A stretch of 63,994 nucleotides of DNA, counting the filler, from an uncultured bacterium (lineage in GTDB: Bacteria; DAOPZR01): the NCBI GenBank assembly GCA_964637655.1. It is 3 parts of 3 records of this genome, joined end to end, with 100 filler letters (N's around TTAATTAATTAA, not from the genome) between each part and the next. Parts side by side here need not be neighbours in the genome. Positions count along the whole stretch, not along the records: positions 1 to 23,308 come from CAZWUZ010000021.1; 2 more parts are not named here. One strand, given 5' to 3'. Below the pieces are notes generated by a model. It made no database searches. It was not told the DNA's origin and saw nothing but the letters and a program-made list of their open reading frames with translations. Made by a program: the position numbers and the translations under genes. Numbering within the stretch: position 1 is the stretch's first letter; each line of letters opens with the position of its first letter. This document shows, in pieces, positions 9,509 through 17,720 of the stretch.

Positions 9509-10868
9509 ACGCGACGGACGGCGCGTGCTGCTCGCGGCGCAGGGGCGCAGCGTCCACTCGCTGCGGGCGCCGGAAACCGAAGGGGAACGGCAGGCGGCGG
9601 TGCTGACGACACCGCCCGGCACGCTGCTGGTGGTGACCGGACCCGGACTCGGGTATCTCCTGCCGCCGCTGCTCGCCCGCGACGGGGTGACGGTACTCGC
9701 GGTGGAACAGGACGGCGTGCTGCAGGTGCCGGCGCATCCGCGCCTGCGTCGTGTGGCGCCGGCACGGGCGGCGACGGCGCTGGCGGAAGGCGTGCGGGAA
9801 TTTACCGCGGTGCAGTTCGCGCGCGGCCCGGCGTTCAAACATGACCCCGCCTACGCGGCGGCGGAAACAGCGCTGCGGCAGGCGCTGGAGCGCTGGGCGG
9901 GGGAAACGGTTACCGTCGGGGCATTCCGCGAACTCTGGCTGCGCAATTTTGTCGCGCAGGCGCGGCTCAACCCGTCGCTGACAGCGTGGCGGACGCGGGC
10001 GACGGGTGACACCGCGGTTATTGCCGCGGCGGGCCCGTCGCTGAATGAGGCGGCGGAGGTCCTGCGGCAATGGCGCGGCACACTCTGGGCGGTGGACACC
10101 GCCTGGCCGGCGCTGCGGCGTATGGGGGTCACACCTGCGCTCGTGGTGAGCAATGACCCGCAGTCAGTGTCGGCGAAACATTTTGCCGATGCGGTGCCGG
10201 AAACCGCAACGCTGCTGACAACATTTACGGCGGACCCGGGCGTGGCGAAAAAATTCGCGCGGCGGCTCTACTACGACGACGGATATCCGCTGGGTGCGCT
10301 CTTCCCTTGTATCAGCGGCGCAGTGCCGGCGTTTTCTCATGCGGGGGGGAGCGCGGTGATGATTCTCTACCAGTTGGCGGCGGTTAGCGGGGCAAAACGT
10401 GTCGTCATGCTCGGGCAGGACCTCGCGTATCCGCTCGCTGGTGAAAGCCATGCGGCCGGGAGCGTGTACGGTGAGCAGGCGCTCGGCGGTTTACACCGTT
10501 ACAATACGTTGGAGGGCCGGGGGGCGCGCGATCGCGGAAGGGTAATCGTCCAGGGTATGTCGGGGAGAGTGGCGGTCACCCCGCCGATGGCGCAATATCG
10601 TCAATGGCTGGAAGGATTTATAGCTGACCATCCGGAGATTGAGTTTATCAATACTGCAACCCGTGGAGTGACCATTGCCGGATGTACCAGCGGATTATGT
10701 GAAAGTATAGCACAATATGATGGTATGAAAATGAATGTGAATGTTGACACGCGAAAATGTCGCTGGCATGAACGGGCAGAAGAAGCGGCGGAAAACCTTA
10801 ATAACGTATTGCCGTGCAGAGAATTACCTTCGATAGAAACTGTCAGAGAAATGCTGCGGACACTCTGA
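9492..10868 (+). CDS. Motility accessory factor (Maf/DUF115, MptE-like) putative flagellin glycosyltransferase
   Basis: HSLRAP, GPGLGY, AAGPSL, AVDTA, GGSAV, LGQDLAY, INTATRG motifs; adjacent to fliS. Confidence 0.8.
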   Translation: MLQLTERDGRRVLLAAQGRSVHSLRAPETEGERQAAVLTTPPGTLLVVTGPGLGYLLPPLLARDGVTVLAVEQDGVLQVPAHPRLRRVAPARAATALAEGVREFTAVQFARGPAFKHDPAYAAAETALRQALERWAGETVTVGAFRELWLRNFVAQARLNPSLTAWRTRATGDTAVIAAAGPSLNEAAEVLRQWRGTLWAVDTAWPALRRMGVTPALVVSNDPQSVSAKHFADAVPETATLLTTFTADPGVAKKFARRLYYDDGYPLGALFPCISGAVPAFSHAGGSAVMILYQLAAVSGAKRVVMLGQDLAYPLAGESHAAGSVYGEQALGGLHRYNTLEGRGARDRGRVIVQGMSGRVAVTPPMAQYRQWLEGFIADHPEIEFINTATRGVTIAGCTSGLCESIAQYDGMKMNVNVDTRKCRWHERAEEAAENLNNVLPCRELPSIETVREMLRTL

Positions 10869-10875
10869 ATGTATG

Positions 10876-10904
10876 CTCAAGTGCTCAAGTGTTGCTGCCG
10901 ATAT
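10876..10904 (+). promoter_or_regulatory. sigma28 (FliA/SigD) promoter of fliS
   Basis: CTCAAGT-N14-GCCGATAT about 60 nt upstream of fliS. Confidence 0.75.
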
Positions 10905-10962
10905 ATGAAAGACCACGCGTGTCGGCAGGGGGGAAATTTCGCGCGCGGGGCAAGGGTGGGCG

Positions 10963-11391
10963 ATGGCGGAGAATCCGTATCAGCAGTACCGCGTGACGCA
11001 GGTCAAGACAGCCAACCAGGGGAAGCTTATCCTGTTGCTGTATGACGGGGCGATACGCTTCCTGCGGGAGGCGGAGGCGGCGCTGCCCGGCAAGAAATAC
11101 GATATCGTCAATCAGAAGATCATCCGCACGCAGGATATCCTGACGGAACTGATGGTCTCCCTCAACATGAAGGCGGGGGAGATTTCCAATAACCTGTACC
11201 GGATTTATGACTACCTGAACCGCCGCCTCATCGAGGCGAACGTCAAGAAGGATGTGGCGATACTGCATGAGGTTATTCAGCATCTCGTTGATTTGCGCGC
11301 GGTCTGGGAGGACGTGGTGAAGAAATCGGGGGAGACAGCGACGATGACCGAGACCGGGGTGCGTCCCGGGGGATTGAATGTGCAGGGTTGA
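10963..11391 (+). CDS. fliS: Flagellar export chaperone FliS
   Basis: YQQY..TQVKTANQGKLILLLYDGAIRFL, ELMVSLN, NLYRIYDY, DLRAVW. Confidence 0.95.
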   Translation: MAENPYQQYRVTQVKTANQGKLILLLYDGAIRFLREAEAALPGKKYDIVNQKIIRTQDILTELMVSLNMKAGEISNNLYRIYDYLNRRLIEANVKKDVAILHEVIQHLVDLRAVWEDVVKKSGETATMTETGVRPGGLNVQG

Positions 11392-11722
11392 GCGCGCCCG
11401 CGCACTGCTCTCGTCGCTGCTGGTGCTGTGCGACCGGCAGCTGGAGGCGCTGGCGCGAGGGGAGGACCTCACCCCGCTGCTGGCGGAAGAAGAGCGGCTT
11501 GGCGGTGAACTGGCTGCCTGCCTGACCGACCGCAGCGCGGCAGCGGCGGTCCGCGATCTGCTGCTGGCCTATCAGGCAGCGACGGAAAAAAGGATACAGG
11601 CGGCGGAGGCTTCGGTGCAGGCACTGCAGGGGGAACGGGAACTGCTGGACCGGGGGCGGGCCATCGTCGCGCACCTGAAAAAGCAGGCGCCCGCAGCGCG
11701 TTTTGTTGATGTGAAGGGATGA
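11378..11722 (+). CDS. Small helical protein, possible FliT/FlgN-like flagellar chaperone
   Basis: Overlaps fliS end; helical composition; C-terminal ARFVDVKG resembles ends of flagellar chaperones. Confidence 0.5.
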   Translation: MCRVERARALLSSLLVLCDRQLEALARGEDLTPLLAEEERLGGELAACLTDRSAAAAVRDLLLAYQAATEKRIQAAEASVQALQGERELLDRGRAIVAHLKKQAPAARFVDVKG

Positions 11723-11780
11723 TAACGCTATGAAATACAATGAAATACGAACAAATAGCGGTTTTTGAACACCAAAGGGC

Positions 11781-11808
11781 TTGACAAAACCGGCGAGTGT
11801 GGTATAAT
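11781..11808 (+). promoter_or_regulatory. Consensus sigma70 promoter of porin 1
   Basis: TTGACA-N16-TATAAT with TGn extended -10. Confidence 0.8.
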
Positions 11809-12024
11809 GACCTAATTTTCAGGGGGGCTTTGGTCCCCGATGAAGAGGAAGATGTTTCAGACCTGTGCGGTCAATCTTGGCAAGAAAGCGGGGTGCCACT
11901 CCTCCGACGGCCAGACCAGCAAAAGCACAGGGGAGAAATAACTTAGAAGTCAGGGCAGACCGGTCCGAAGCCGAAACGGCGGGAGACAAAAAAGGTCGCC
12001 TGACACAAACGGAGGAATCACAGA

Positions 12025-13320
12025 ATGAAGAAAGTTTCTATTATTGCACTGAGTGCGCTGCTCGTTGCGGCGCTGAGCGTCCCGGCGATGGCGAAAGTCA
12101 ACCTGTCGGGCGCGATCTGGACGACGTACTGGGCGCAGCAGCAGGGCAGTGTCGAGCGTCAGCGCTCGAACGGGACGTCGTGGGTTGACCGTGACGGCAG
12201 CGAGGCCTTCACGCGCGGCCTGGGCGCCAATGCGGCGACTGCGCCGAAGACCTTCCTGGTCGGCCAGAGCATGAGCGGCAACGGCATGCAGAACAAGGCG
12301 ACGGCTGGCTACGGCTTCCAGCTGGTGGCTGACTGCCCGGTCAATGACTGGGTGAAGGCGTACGGCGACTTCAACGTCAACAACGGCGGCAACCTCGGTC
12401 TGGTTGAGGGCTACATCAACCTGGCGTTCATGAAGGAATTCAATGTCCGCGCGGGTCGTATGCAGGTTCCGTTCGGTCACGAGCGCACCACGCGCCCGAC
12501 GGCCGGGCAGGACGAAGTGTTCGTGAGCGAATTCTCGCAGGATGCGCAGGCGGCGCTGCTGCGCCGTTATGATGTCGGCGTGCAGGCGTTCGGTACGCTC
12601 GCCAGCGGCATGGTTGACTACAACCTGTTCGTCGGCAATGGCGTCACCAGCACGGTGGCGGACAGCGATGGTATTACGGCGCCGAACTCGGTCAGTGCGG
12701 CGGCTGGTGCGGCGACGAGCAATGCGACGCCGGACATCAACGATGCGAAGCAGGTTGGTATCAACCTCGTTGCGCGTCCGTTCACGGGTGCGTTCATCGG
12801 CGGCAGCTACTTTGCCGGCGACTACACGCAGCCGCTGGTGACGGCGGGCAATCGTGCGCGTACGTCGGCGTATGACATCAACGCCGGCTACGAGTACGGC
12901 AACATCTTCAGCATCACGGGTGAATACGCGACGACGCGTCATCAGCAGATGACGGCGGACTTCCCGTATTACGTGACGGCGGCGGCGGGCACCCTCGTCG
13001 AGAACCGCGTGAATGAGTTCATCGTGAAGGCCATCTACACCGGTGTGGCGGACTGGGAATTCGGCGTGCGTTATGGCGCGGTTGACCCGAAGAACGTCGA
13101 AGCCGAGATGGATGCCGGCTATTCGTACGAGCGCAAGATGTCGTTCGCGGCGGGCTACAAGTTCGCGCGGGCAGCGTTCCTGAAGGCCGAGTACAGCTGG
13201 ATCGACACTGACTTCAACTTCACGGATCGTGCGGCGAACGTAGCCAACAACGTGCGTCAGTCGCCGGCGGTTGATGTCAATGACGACATTTTCGCGCTGT
13301 CGCTGGGCCTGCAGTTCTAA
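12025..13320 (+). CDS. Outer-membrane beta-barrel porin (OprO/OprP-like), paralogue 1
   Basis: Signal peptide ending AMA; EGYINL..FNVRAGRMQVPFGHE; alternating beta-strands; C-terminal Phe; strong SD. Confidence 0.75.
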   Translation: MKKVSIIALSALLVAALSVPAMAKVNLSGAIWTTYWAQQQGSVERQRSNGTSWVDRDGSEAFTRGLGANAATAPKTFLVGQSMSGNGMQNKATAGYGFQLVADCPVNDWVKAYGDFNVNNGGNLGLVEGYINLAFMKEFNVRAGRMQVPFGHERTTRPTAGQDEVFVSEFSQDAQAALLRRYDVGVQAFGTLASGMVDYNLFVGNGVTSTVADSDGITAPNSVSAAAGAATSNATPDINDAKQVGINLVARPFTGAFIGGSYFAGDYTQPLVTAGNRARTSAYDINAGYEYGNIFSITGEYATTRHQQMTADFPYYVTAAAGTLVENRVNEFIVKAIYTGVADWEFGVRYGAVDPKNVEAEMDAGYSYERKMSFAAGYKFARAAFLKAEYSWIDTDFNFTDRAANVANNVRQSPAVDVNDDIFALSLGLQF

Positions 13321-13333
13321 TCACCGCATCACT

Positions 13334-13367
13334 AAAACTGCCGGGGAGCAATCCCCGGCAGTTTTTT
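13334..13367 (+). terminator. Intrinsic terminator after porin 1
   Basis: CTGCCGGGGA-gcaa-TCCCCGGCAG then T6. Confidence 0.9.
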
Positions 13368-13398
13368 GGTTTTTGTGGCATAATCGCAAAAAAAATGC

Positions 13399-13426
13399 TT
13401 GACACACAGATAATATATGCTATAAT
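13399..13426 (+). promoter_or_regulatory. Consensus sigma70 promoter of porin 2
   Basis: TTGACA-N16-TATAAT with TGn extended -10; SD AGGAGG. Confidence 0.8.
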
Positions 13427-13451
13427 AAATAATTCACTATAGGAGGGGGAC

Positions 13452-14777
13452 ATGAAAATCCTCGCAACAGTTGCAGTGGTGTTGCTGTTGGCCTTGCCGG
13501 CGGCCGCCAAAATCAATCTGACGGGTTCGATGTACGCGACGTACTGGGCACAGCAGGAAGGGGTGGAAGGATACCAGATTGCCACCGCATCCGGGTGGCA
13601 GGATATCGCCACGCAGCCGAACAACCTGTACCGCGGCACCACCGCCTCGGCGAGCAAGAAGACGTTCCTGTTCGCCAACAGTCGCGCGGGCAACGGGCTG
13701 CAGAATCATCCGGAAGGCGGCTACGGCATCGCGCTCGGGCTTGACTGCCCGGTGACGGACCAGTGGAAGGCATACGCGCGCTTCGCCATTCGCGGCGGTT
13801 CGGCCAATTTGAACACGGCGGCGCGTCACCTGTGGATTGCCTACACGCCAATGCGCGAATTCGGTCTGCGCGTGGGACGTTACCCGGTGCCGTTCGGCAA
13901 CGAGGGGTACACCCGCCCGACGGAAAAGGTCAAGGACATCTTTATCAGCGAGTACACGCAGGACTTCCGCGGCGCGCTCAACGCGAACTATGACATCGGC
14001 GTCACGGCGTTCGGCACGGTGGTCGACGGCATGATCGACTACAAGCTGTATTTCGGCAACGGCGCCATCACGACGGTGGGTGACAGCATCAACCGGGGGA
14101 TCAATAACTCCGGGCAAACCTACATGGTGGCGAATATCGGGGTGAACAACAGCGCGCTGACCCCGGATATCAACGATGCCAAGCAGGTGATCGGTCAGGT
14201 GCACGTGCGGCCGTTTGCCAACACGTATCTCGGCGGCAGCTATGCCGCGGGCGACTACACCAACGACAACCTGGTGAACAACGTCGCCATCCAGCGCGCC
14301 CGTTTCACGGCGTACAACCTGTTTGCCGGCTACACGCTGCCGGACCAGTTCAAGGTCAGCGGCGAGTATGCGACGACGCGTCATGACCGCATGTCGCTGG
14401 AAAGCGATGCGGGCGTCATCGGCGCACCGGCAGTGCGTCAGGAACTGGTCGCCAACCGCGTCAACGAGTACATCGTCAAGGCCTACTATCTCGGCCTGCG
14501 TGACTGGGAATTCGGCGTCCGCTACAGCGGGGTTGACCCGAAGAACTTCGAGGCGGAACTGGCGGCCGGGTATTCGTACGAAACCAAGTTGTCGGCGGCC
14601 ATCGGCTACAAGTTTGCCGGCTCGGCGATGCTCAATGCCGAGTACAGCCGCGTGCATACCGACCTGAGCTACTATGACAAGTACAACGCGGCGGCGCTGG
14701 CCGGCGCGTATCGCATCACGCCGTCAGTCGACCCGAACGACGACATCTTCGCGCTGCAACTCACGCTCCACTACTAA
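13452..14777 (+). CDS. Outer-membrane beta-barrel porin, paralogue 2
   Basis: Shares blocks with paralogue 1 (TYWAQQ, VPFGxE, TPDINDAKQV, NRVNE, DWEFGVRY, NDDIFAL); C-terminal Tyr. Confidence 0.75.
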   Translation: MKILATVAVVLLLALPAAAKINLTGSMYATYWAQQEGVEGYQIATASGWQDIATQPNNLYRGTTASASKKTFLFANSRAGNGLQNHPEGGYGIALGLDCPVTDQWKAYARFAIRGGSANLNTAARHLWIAYTPMREFGLRVGRYPVPFGNEGYTRPTEKVKDIFISEYTQDFRGALNANYDIGVTAFGTVVDGMIDYKLYFGNGAITTVGDSINRGINNSGQTYMVANIGVNNSALTPDINDAKQVIGQVHVRPFANTYLGGSYAAGDYTNDNLVNNVAIQRARFTAYNLFAGYTLPDQFKVSGEYATTRHDRMSLESDAGVIGAPAVRQELVANRVNEYIVKAYYLGLRDWEFGVRYSGVDPKNFEAELAAGYSYETKLSAAIGYKFAGSAMLNAEYSRVHTDLSYYDKYNAAALAGAYRITPSVDPNDDIFALQLTLHY

Positions 14778-14799
14778 GCCGTTTTCCGCAGCACCCACG

Positions 14800-14829
14800 A
14801 ACCGGAGGGCAAAGTGCCCTCCGGTTTTT
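14800..14829 (+). terminator. Intrinsic terminator after porin 2
   Basis: AACCGGAGGGCA-aag-TGCCCTCCGGTT then TTT. Confidence 0.85.
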
Positions 14830-14920
14830 CATTGGGTACGCCCAGCAAACCCGACGGCTTGGTCATGGGGACGGGTGTTGACAAATTGACAAACTTCCGT
14901 GAAAACAGCGTAAAAGCGGT

Positions 14921-15643
14921 CTATACGGCTTTTGACCAGATGCCAGTCCATTCGACCACCGTGCAGCCGTCAGCTCCGCAGCGGGCGGTGCCATCAGTGA
15001 ACATGGCCTCAGTGCGGGCGGTGCCGAAGAACATCTGCAGCAGTTTCCACGCCTCGTTTTTGTCGGCAAACCGGTAATCGGTACGCACGACTGAGCGGGC
15101 CATTTTGTATTCCTTTTCCAGCAGAGCATAGTAGGCGTCAAGTTTCGGGTCGGGGGGCGCGGGTTCTGTCTGTCCGGTGCCAAGGGTCTCGACGATGATG
15201 AGGTGGCCGCCAGGGCGCAGGAGGCGCTGTGTTTCCCGCATGATAGCGGCCAGCACGGCCTGATGTTCAGCCCAGCGCCACTTGACCGCGTGGCAGATAC
15301 TCCACCCGGCAATGGCGATATCGGCACAGGCGGGCCTAAGGGGAAGGGCGGCATGCGTGGCAGCGAGCAGCGGGCAGGAAAGCGCGGCGCCGGCCAGCGC
15401 GGTGCGCGCCTGATGCAGCATGGCGATGGTCATATCACATCCGACCACCAGACGCGCCTCCGGACCGAGCAGCAGGGGGATTCGCCCCGTGCCGGTGCCG
15501 AGGTCAACAAGCAAGCGGTTTCGCCAGTCGCACAGCGTACGCAGGGCACGCGGCAGGTTGCCCTGCCAGTCCTCGCAACTGATGAGGCGATGGTAGTCGG
15601 CTGCCCGCTGCCGGTAGATATGCTGACGTTCTTTCGGGCGCAT
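14921..15643 (-). CDS. Class I SAM-dependent methyltransferase
   Basis: VDLGTGTG motif I, LRPGG motif. Confidence 0.85.
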   Translation of the reverse strand: MRPKERQHIYRQRAADYHRLISCEDWQGNLPRALRTLCDWRNRLLVDLGTGTGRIPLLLGPEARLVVGCDMTIAMLHQARTALAGAALSCPLLAATHAALPLRPACADIAIAGWSICHAVKWRWAEHQAVLAAIMRETQRLLRPGGHLIIVETLGTGQTEPAPPDPKLDAYYALLEKEYKMARSVVRTDYRFADKNEAWKLLQMFFGTARTEAMFTDGTARCGADGCTVVEWTGIWSKAV

Positions 15644-15752
15644 GGGGAACTATCTCCGCCTCAGGCGCATCCGCATAGTCCCCGACAGACGGGAGTGTTG
15701 TTGTCTGGTAACTGTTCAGCCACCCACGCATCTATCAGAGCGACCCTGCGGG

Positions 15753-15794
15753 CCACCCTTCCCCCCCTCTGCGGGGGAAGGGTGGATGAGGGTG
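15753..15794. repeat. Palindromic REP-like element (same family as 7143/7538/17438)
   Basis: CCACCCTTCCCCC..GGGGGAAGGGTGG hairpin + ATGAGGGTG tail. Confidence 0.65.
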
Positions 15795-15885
15795 AATAGT
15801 TATGTTGTCTGTAGGAGACCGTGATGCCGTGGTGCGCGACTGCGGTAAAAACGTTCGTGAGGGTAAGGCGGTCGCAGGCGCGAAT

Positions 15886-15918
15886 AAAAAAGCCCGCGGC
15901 AGGGTTGTTGCCGCGGGC
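15886..15918 (-). terminator. Intrinsic terminator of BMC operon
   Basis: GCCCGCGGCA/TGCCGCGGGC stem with A6 on + strand (U-tract on minus), just after the deoC stop. Confidence 0.8.
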
Positions 15919-15942
15919 GGAGAAAAGTGCTGAATCAGGCAA

Positions 15943-17418
15943 TCAGTAGCCGCTGCCGGCGGCGGCCGGCTTGCCCTGCACGATGGAAATGGAGGCGCTG
16001 GCACCGATGCGGTTGGCCCCGGCGCGAATCATGTCTTCGGCGCCCTCGCGGTCGCGCACGCCACCCGACGCCTTGACCCCCATCCCGGGGCCGACGACGC
16101 GGCGCATCAGCGCGATATCGGCGATGGTGGCGCCGCCCGTGCTGAAACCGGTCGAGGTCTTGACGAAATGCGCCCCCGCCTGCTTGGACAGTTCGCAGGC
16201 AGTGACTTTTTCCTTGTCGGTGAGCAGCGACGTCTCAAGAATGACCTTGACGATGCGTCCCTGGGCCGCCTGCACGACGCCGGCGATGTCCTTGAGCACC
16301 GTGTCGAGGTCGCCCGACTTGAGCGCGCCAACATTGATGACCATGTCGATTTCCTCGGCCCCGTCCTGAACCGCGGCGAGGGTCTCGGCGGCCTTGGCGG
16401 CCACGGCCATGGCGCCCAGCGGGAAACCGACGACGGTGCAGACCTTGACGCCAGTCCCGCGCAGCAGTTCGGCGCAGAGTTTCACCCAGTAAGTATTGAC
16501 GCAGACGGAGGCAAACAGGTGTTCCTTCGCCTCGGCGCAGAGTTTGCGCACTTCCGCCTCGGTCGCCTGCGCTTTGAGCAGGGTGTGGTCGATGAACTTG
16601 GCCATGGTGGCCGGCATGGCACCGACTCCCGACGCGGCGCTGATGCGGTCAGCGCCCGCGCTGATGGCGGAATCGACGCGCTGCGGCAGATTGACGACGC
16701 AGAGGCCGCAGGCGGTGCAGGAGGCGGCATCGCCGCTGCAGACACTGAGCGTGGTACCGCCGACATTGACGGCATTGCAGGCCGGAGGGGGCACGGTGGA
16801 TGCGGTGCCGGTGACTGCCGGCCGGCCGCCGCCGGCATAGGCCGCGGCGAGTTGCGCGGCGGGGACGGCAAGGATGCCGAGTGCCGCGGCGCGCGCGTAG
16901 AGGCGGTCGAGCACCGCCTTGATGCCCGCGGGCGGGCTGGTCGCTTCGCAGCAGACGACGGAATCAGTCGCCATGACCACCGGCTTGTTGCGGAAGAGCG
17001 CCTGGATGATGACGTTGGCGACGAGATTGTCCCCCTGCAGCGAGACGATCTTGCTCAGGGTATTGAGCGTGAGCACCGGGGCGACGATGCCGGAAAGACC
17101 GCCGATAAAAGCACGCATGTCGCCCAGTTCCCGCCAGCTGCTGATGACGCGTGACGCGCCTGTCTCGCGGCGGATGCGGTCGGCGCCGATGATCTTGTCG
17201 GCGGCTGGCGAGAGGACGAGAACGATATCCGCGCCCCCGTCTTTCAGCGCGCGCACCTGCGCGAAGGCCGCGTCGAGGTTCTGATCGCCCCCGGTGAAGA
17301 CCGCGGCCACGACCCCGCGCGCGCTGACCGCCGGCGCCTTCGCGCCTTTTGCCGCGCCCGCACTGCCGAGGCGCTTGACCACCTCGCGGGTGATTTCCTG
17401 TATCAGCTTGTCATCCAT
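15943..17418 (-). CDS. deoC: Deoxyribose-phosphate aldolase with N-terminal encapsulation peptide, BMC flavoprotein domain and Cys-rich linker
   Basis: [36 protein letters not shown]-term [49 protein letters not shown]. Confidence 0.92.
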   Translation of the reverse strand: MDDKLIQEITREVVKRLGSAGAAKGAKAPAVSARGVVAAVFTGGDQNLDAAFAQVRALKDGGADIVLVLSPAADKIIGADRIRRETGASRVISSWRELGDMRAFIGGLSGIVAPVLTLNTLSKIVSLQGDNLVANVIIQALFRNKPVVMATDSVVCCEATSPPAGIKAVLDRLYARAAALGILAVPAAQLAAAYAGGGRPAVTGTASTVPPPACNAVNVGGTTLSVCSGDAASCTACGLCVVNLPQRVDSAISAGADRISAASGVGAMPATMAKFIDHTLLKAQATEAEVRKLCAEAKEHLFASVCVNTYWVKLCAELLRGTGVKVCTVVGFPLGAMAVAAKAAETLAAVQDGAEEIDMVINVGALKSGDLDTVLKDIAGVVQAAQGRIVKVILETSLLTDKEKVTACELSKQAGAHFVKTSTGFSTGGATIADIALMRRVVGPGMGVKASGGVRDREGAEDMIRAGANRIGASASISIVQGKPAAAGSGY

Positions 17419-17437
17419 CTTCGTCCTCCGTCTATTC

Positions 17438-17522
17438 CACCCTCACCCTGCCCTCTCCCTCCGAGGGAGGGAGAGGGTAAACTCCTTCTCCCTCAGAGAG
17501 GGAGAAGGCATGGATGAGGGTG
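17438..17522. repeat. Double, oppositely oriented palindromic REP-like element
   Basis: CACCCTCACCCTG-CCCTCTCCCTCC..GGAGGGAGAGGG then CCTTCTCCCTC..GAGGGAGAAGG-CATGGATGAGGGTG. Confidence 0.8.
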
Positions 17523-17528
17523 TATCAG

Positions 17529-17717
17529 TCAGTACAATTCGCCGTCCAGCGGCGGCAGCGGCAGTCCCGCAACCGTTGCGGTATCGCCTGCCAGACTGTA
17601 TTCGTCCGGCGTTGCCGGCGGCGGCACCGTGTCATCACGCCAGTATGCCACGACCAGCCCGCCCAGCAGCAATGCCATGACGCCCCCGTAGAGCAGCCAG
17701 GAGCGCCGTTGCGTCAT
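17529..17717 (-). CDS. Small single-TM protein (62 aa)
   Basis: Starts 3 nt after nucleotidase stop; one hydrophobic helix plus acidic/Pro tail. Confidence 0.55.
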   Translation of the reverse strand: MTQRRSWLLYGGVMALLLGGLVVAYWRDDTVPPPATPDEYSLAGDTATVAGLPLPPLDGELY

Positions 17718-17720
17718 GCC

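Noticed and set aside
11950-12005. Bona fide c-di-GMP-I riboswitch
   Set aside because: Only the 5' half resembles it and the second stem with tetraloop receptor is not visible; kept only as an unexplained structured leader
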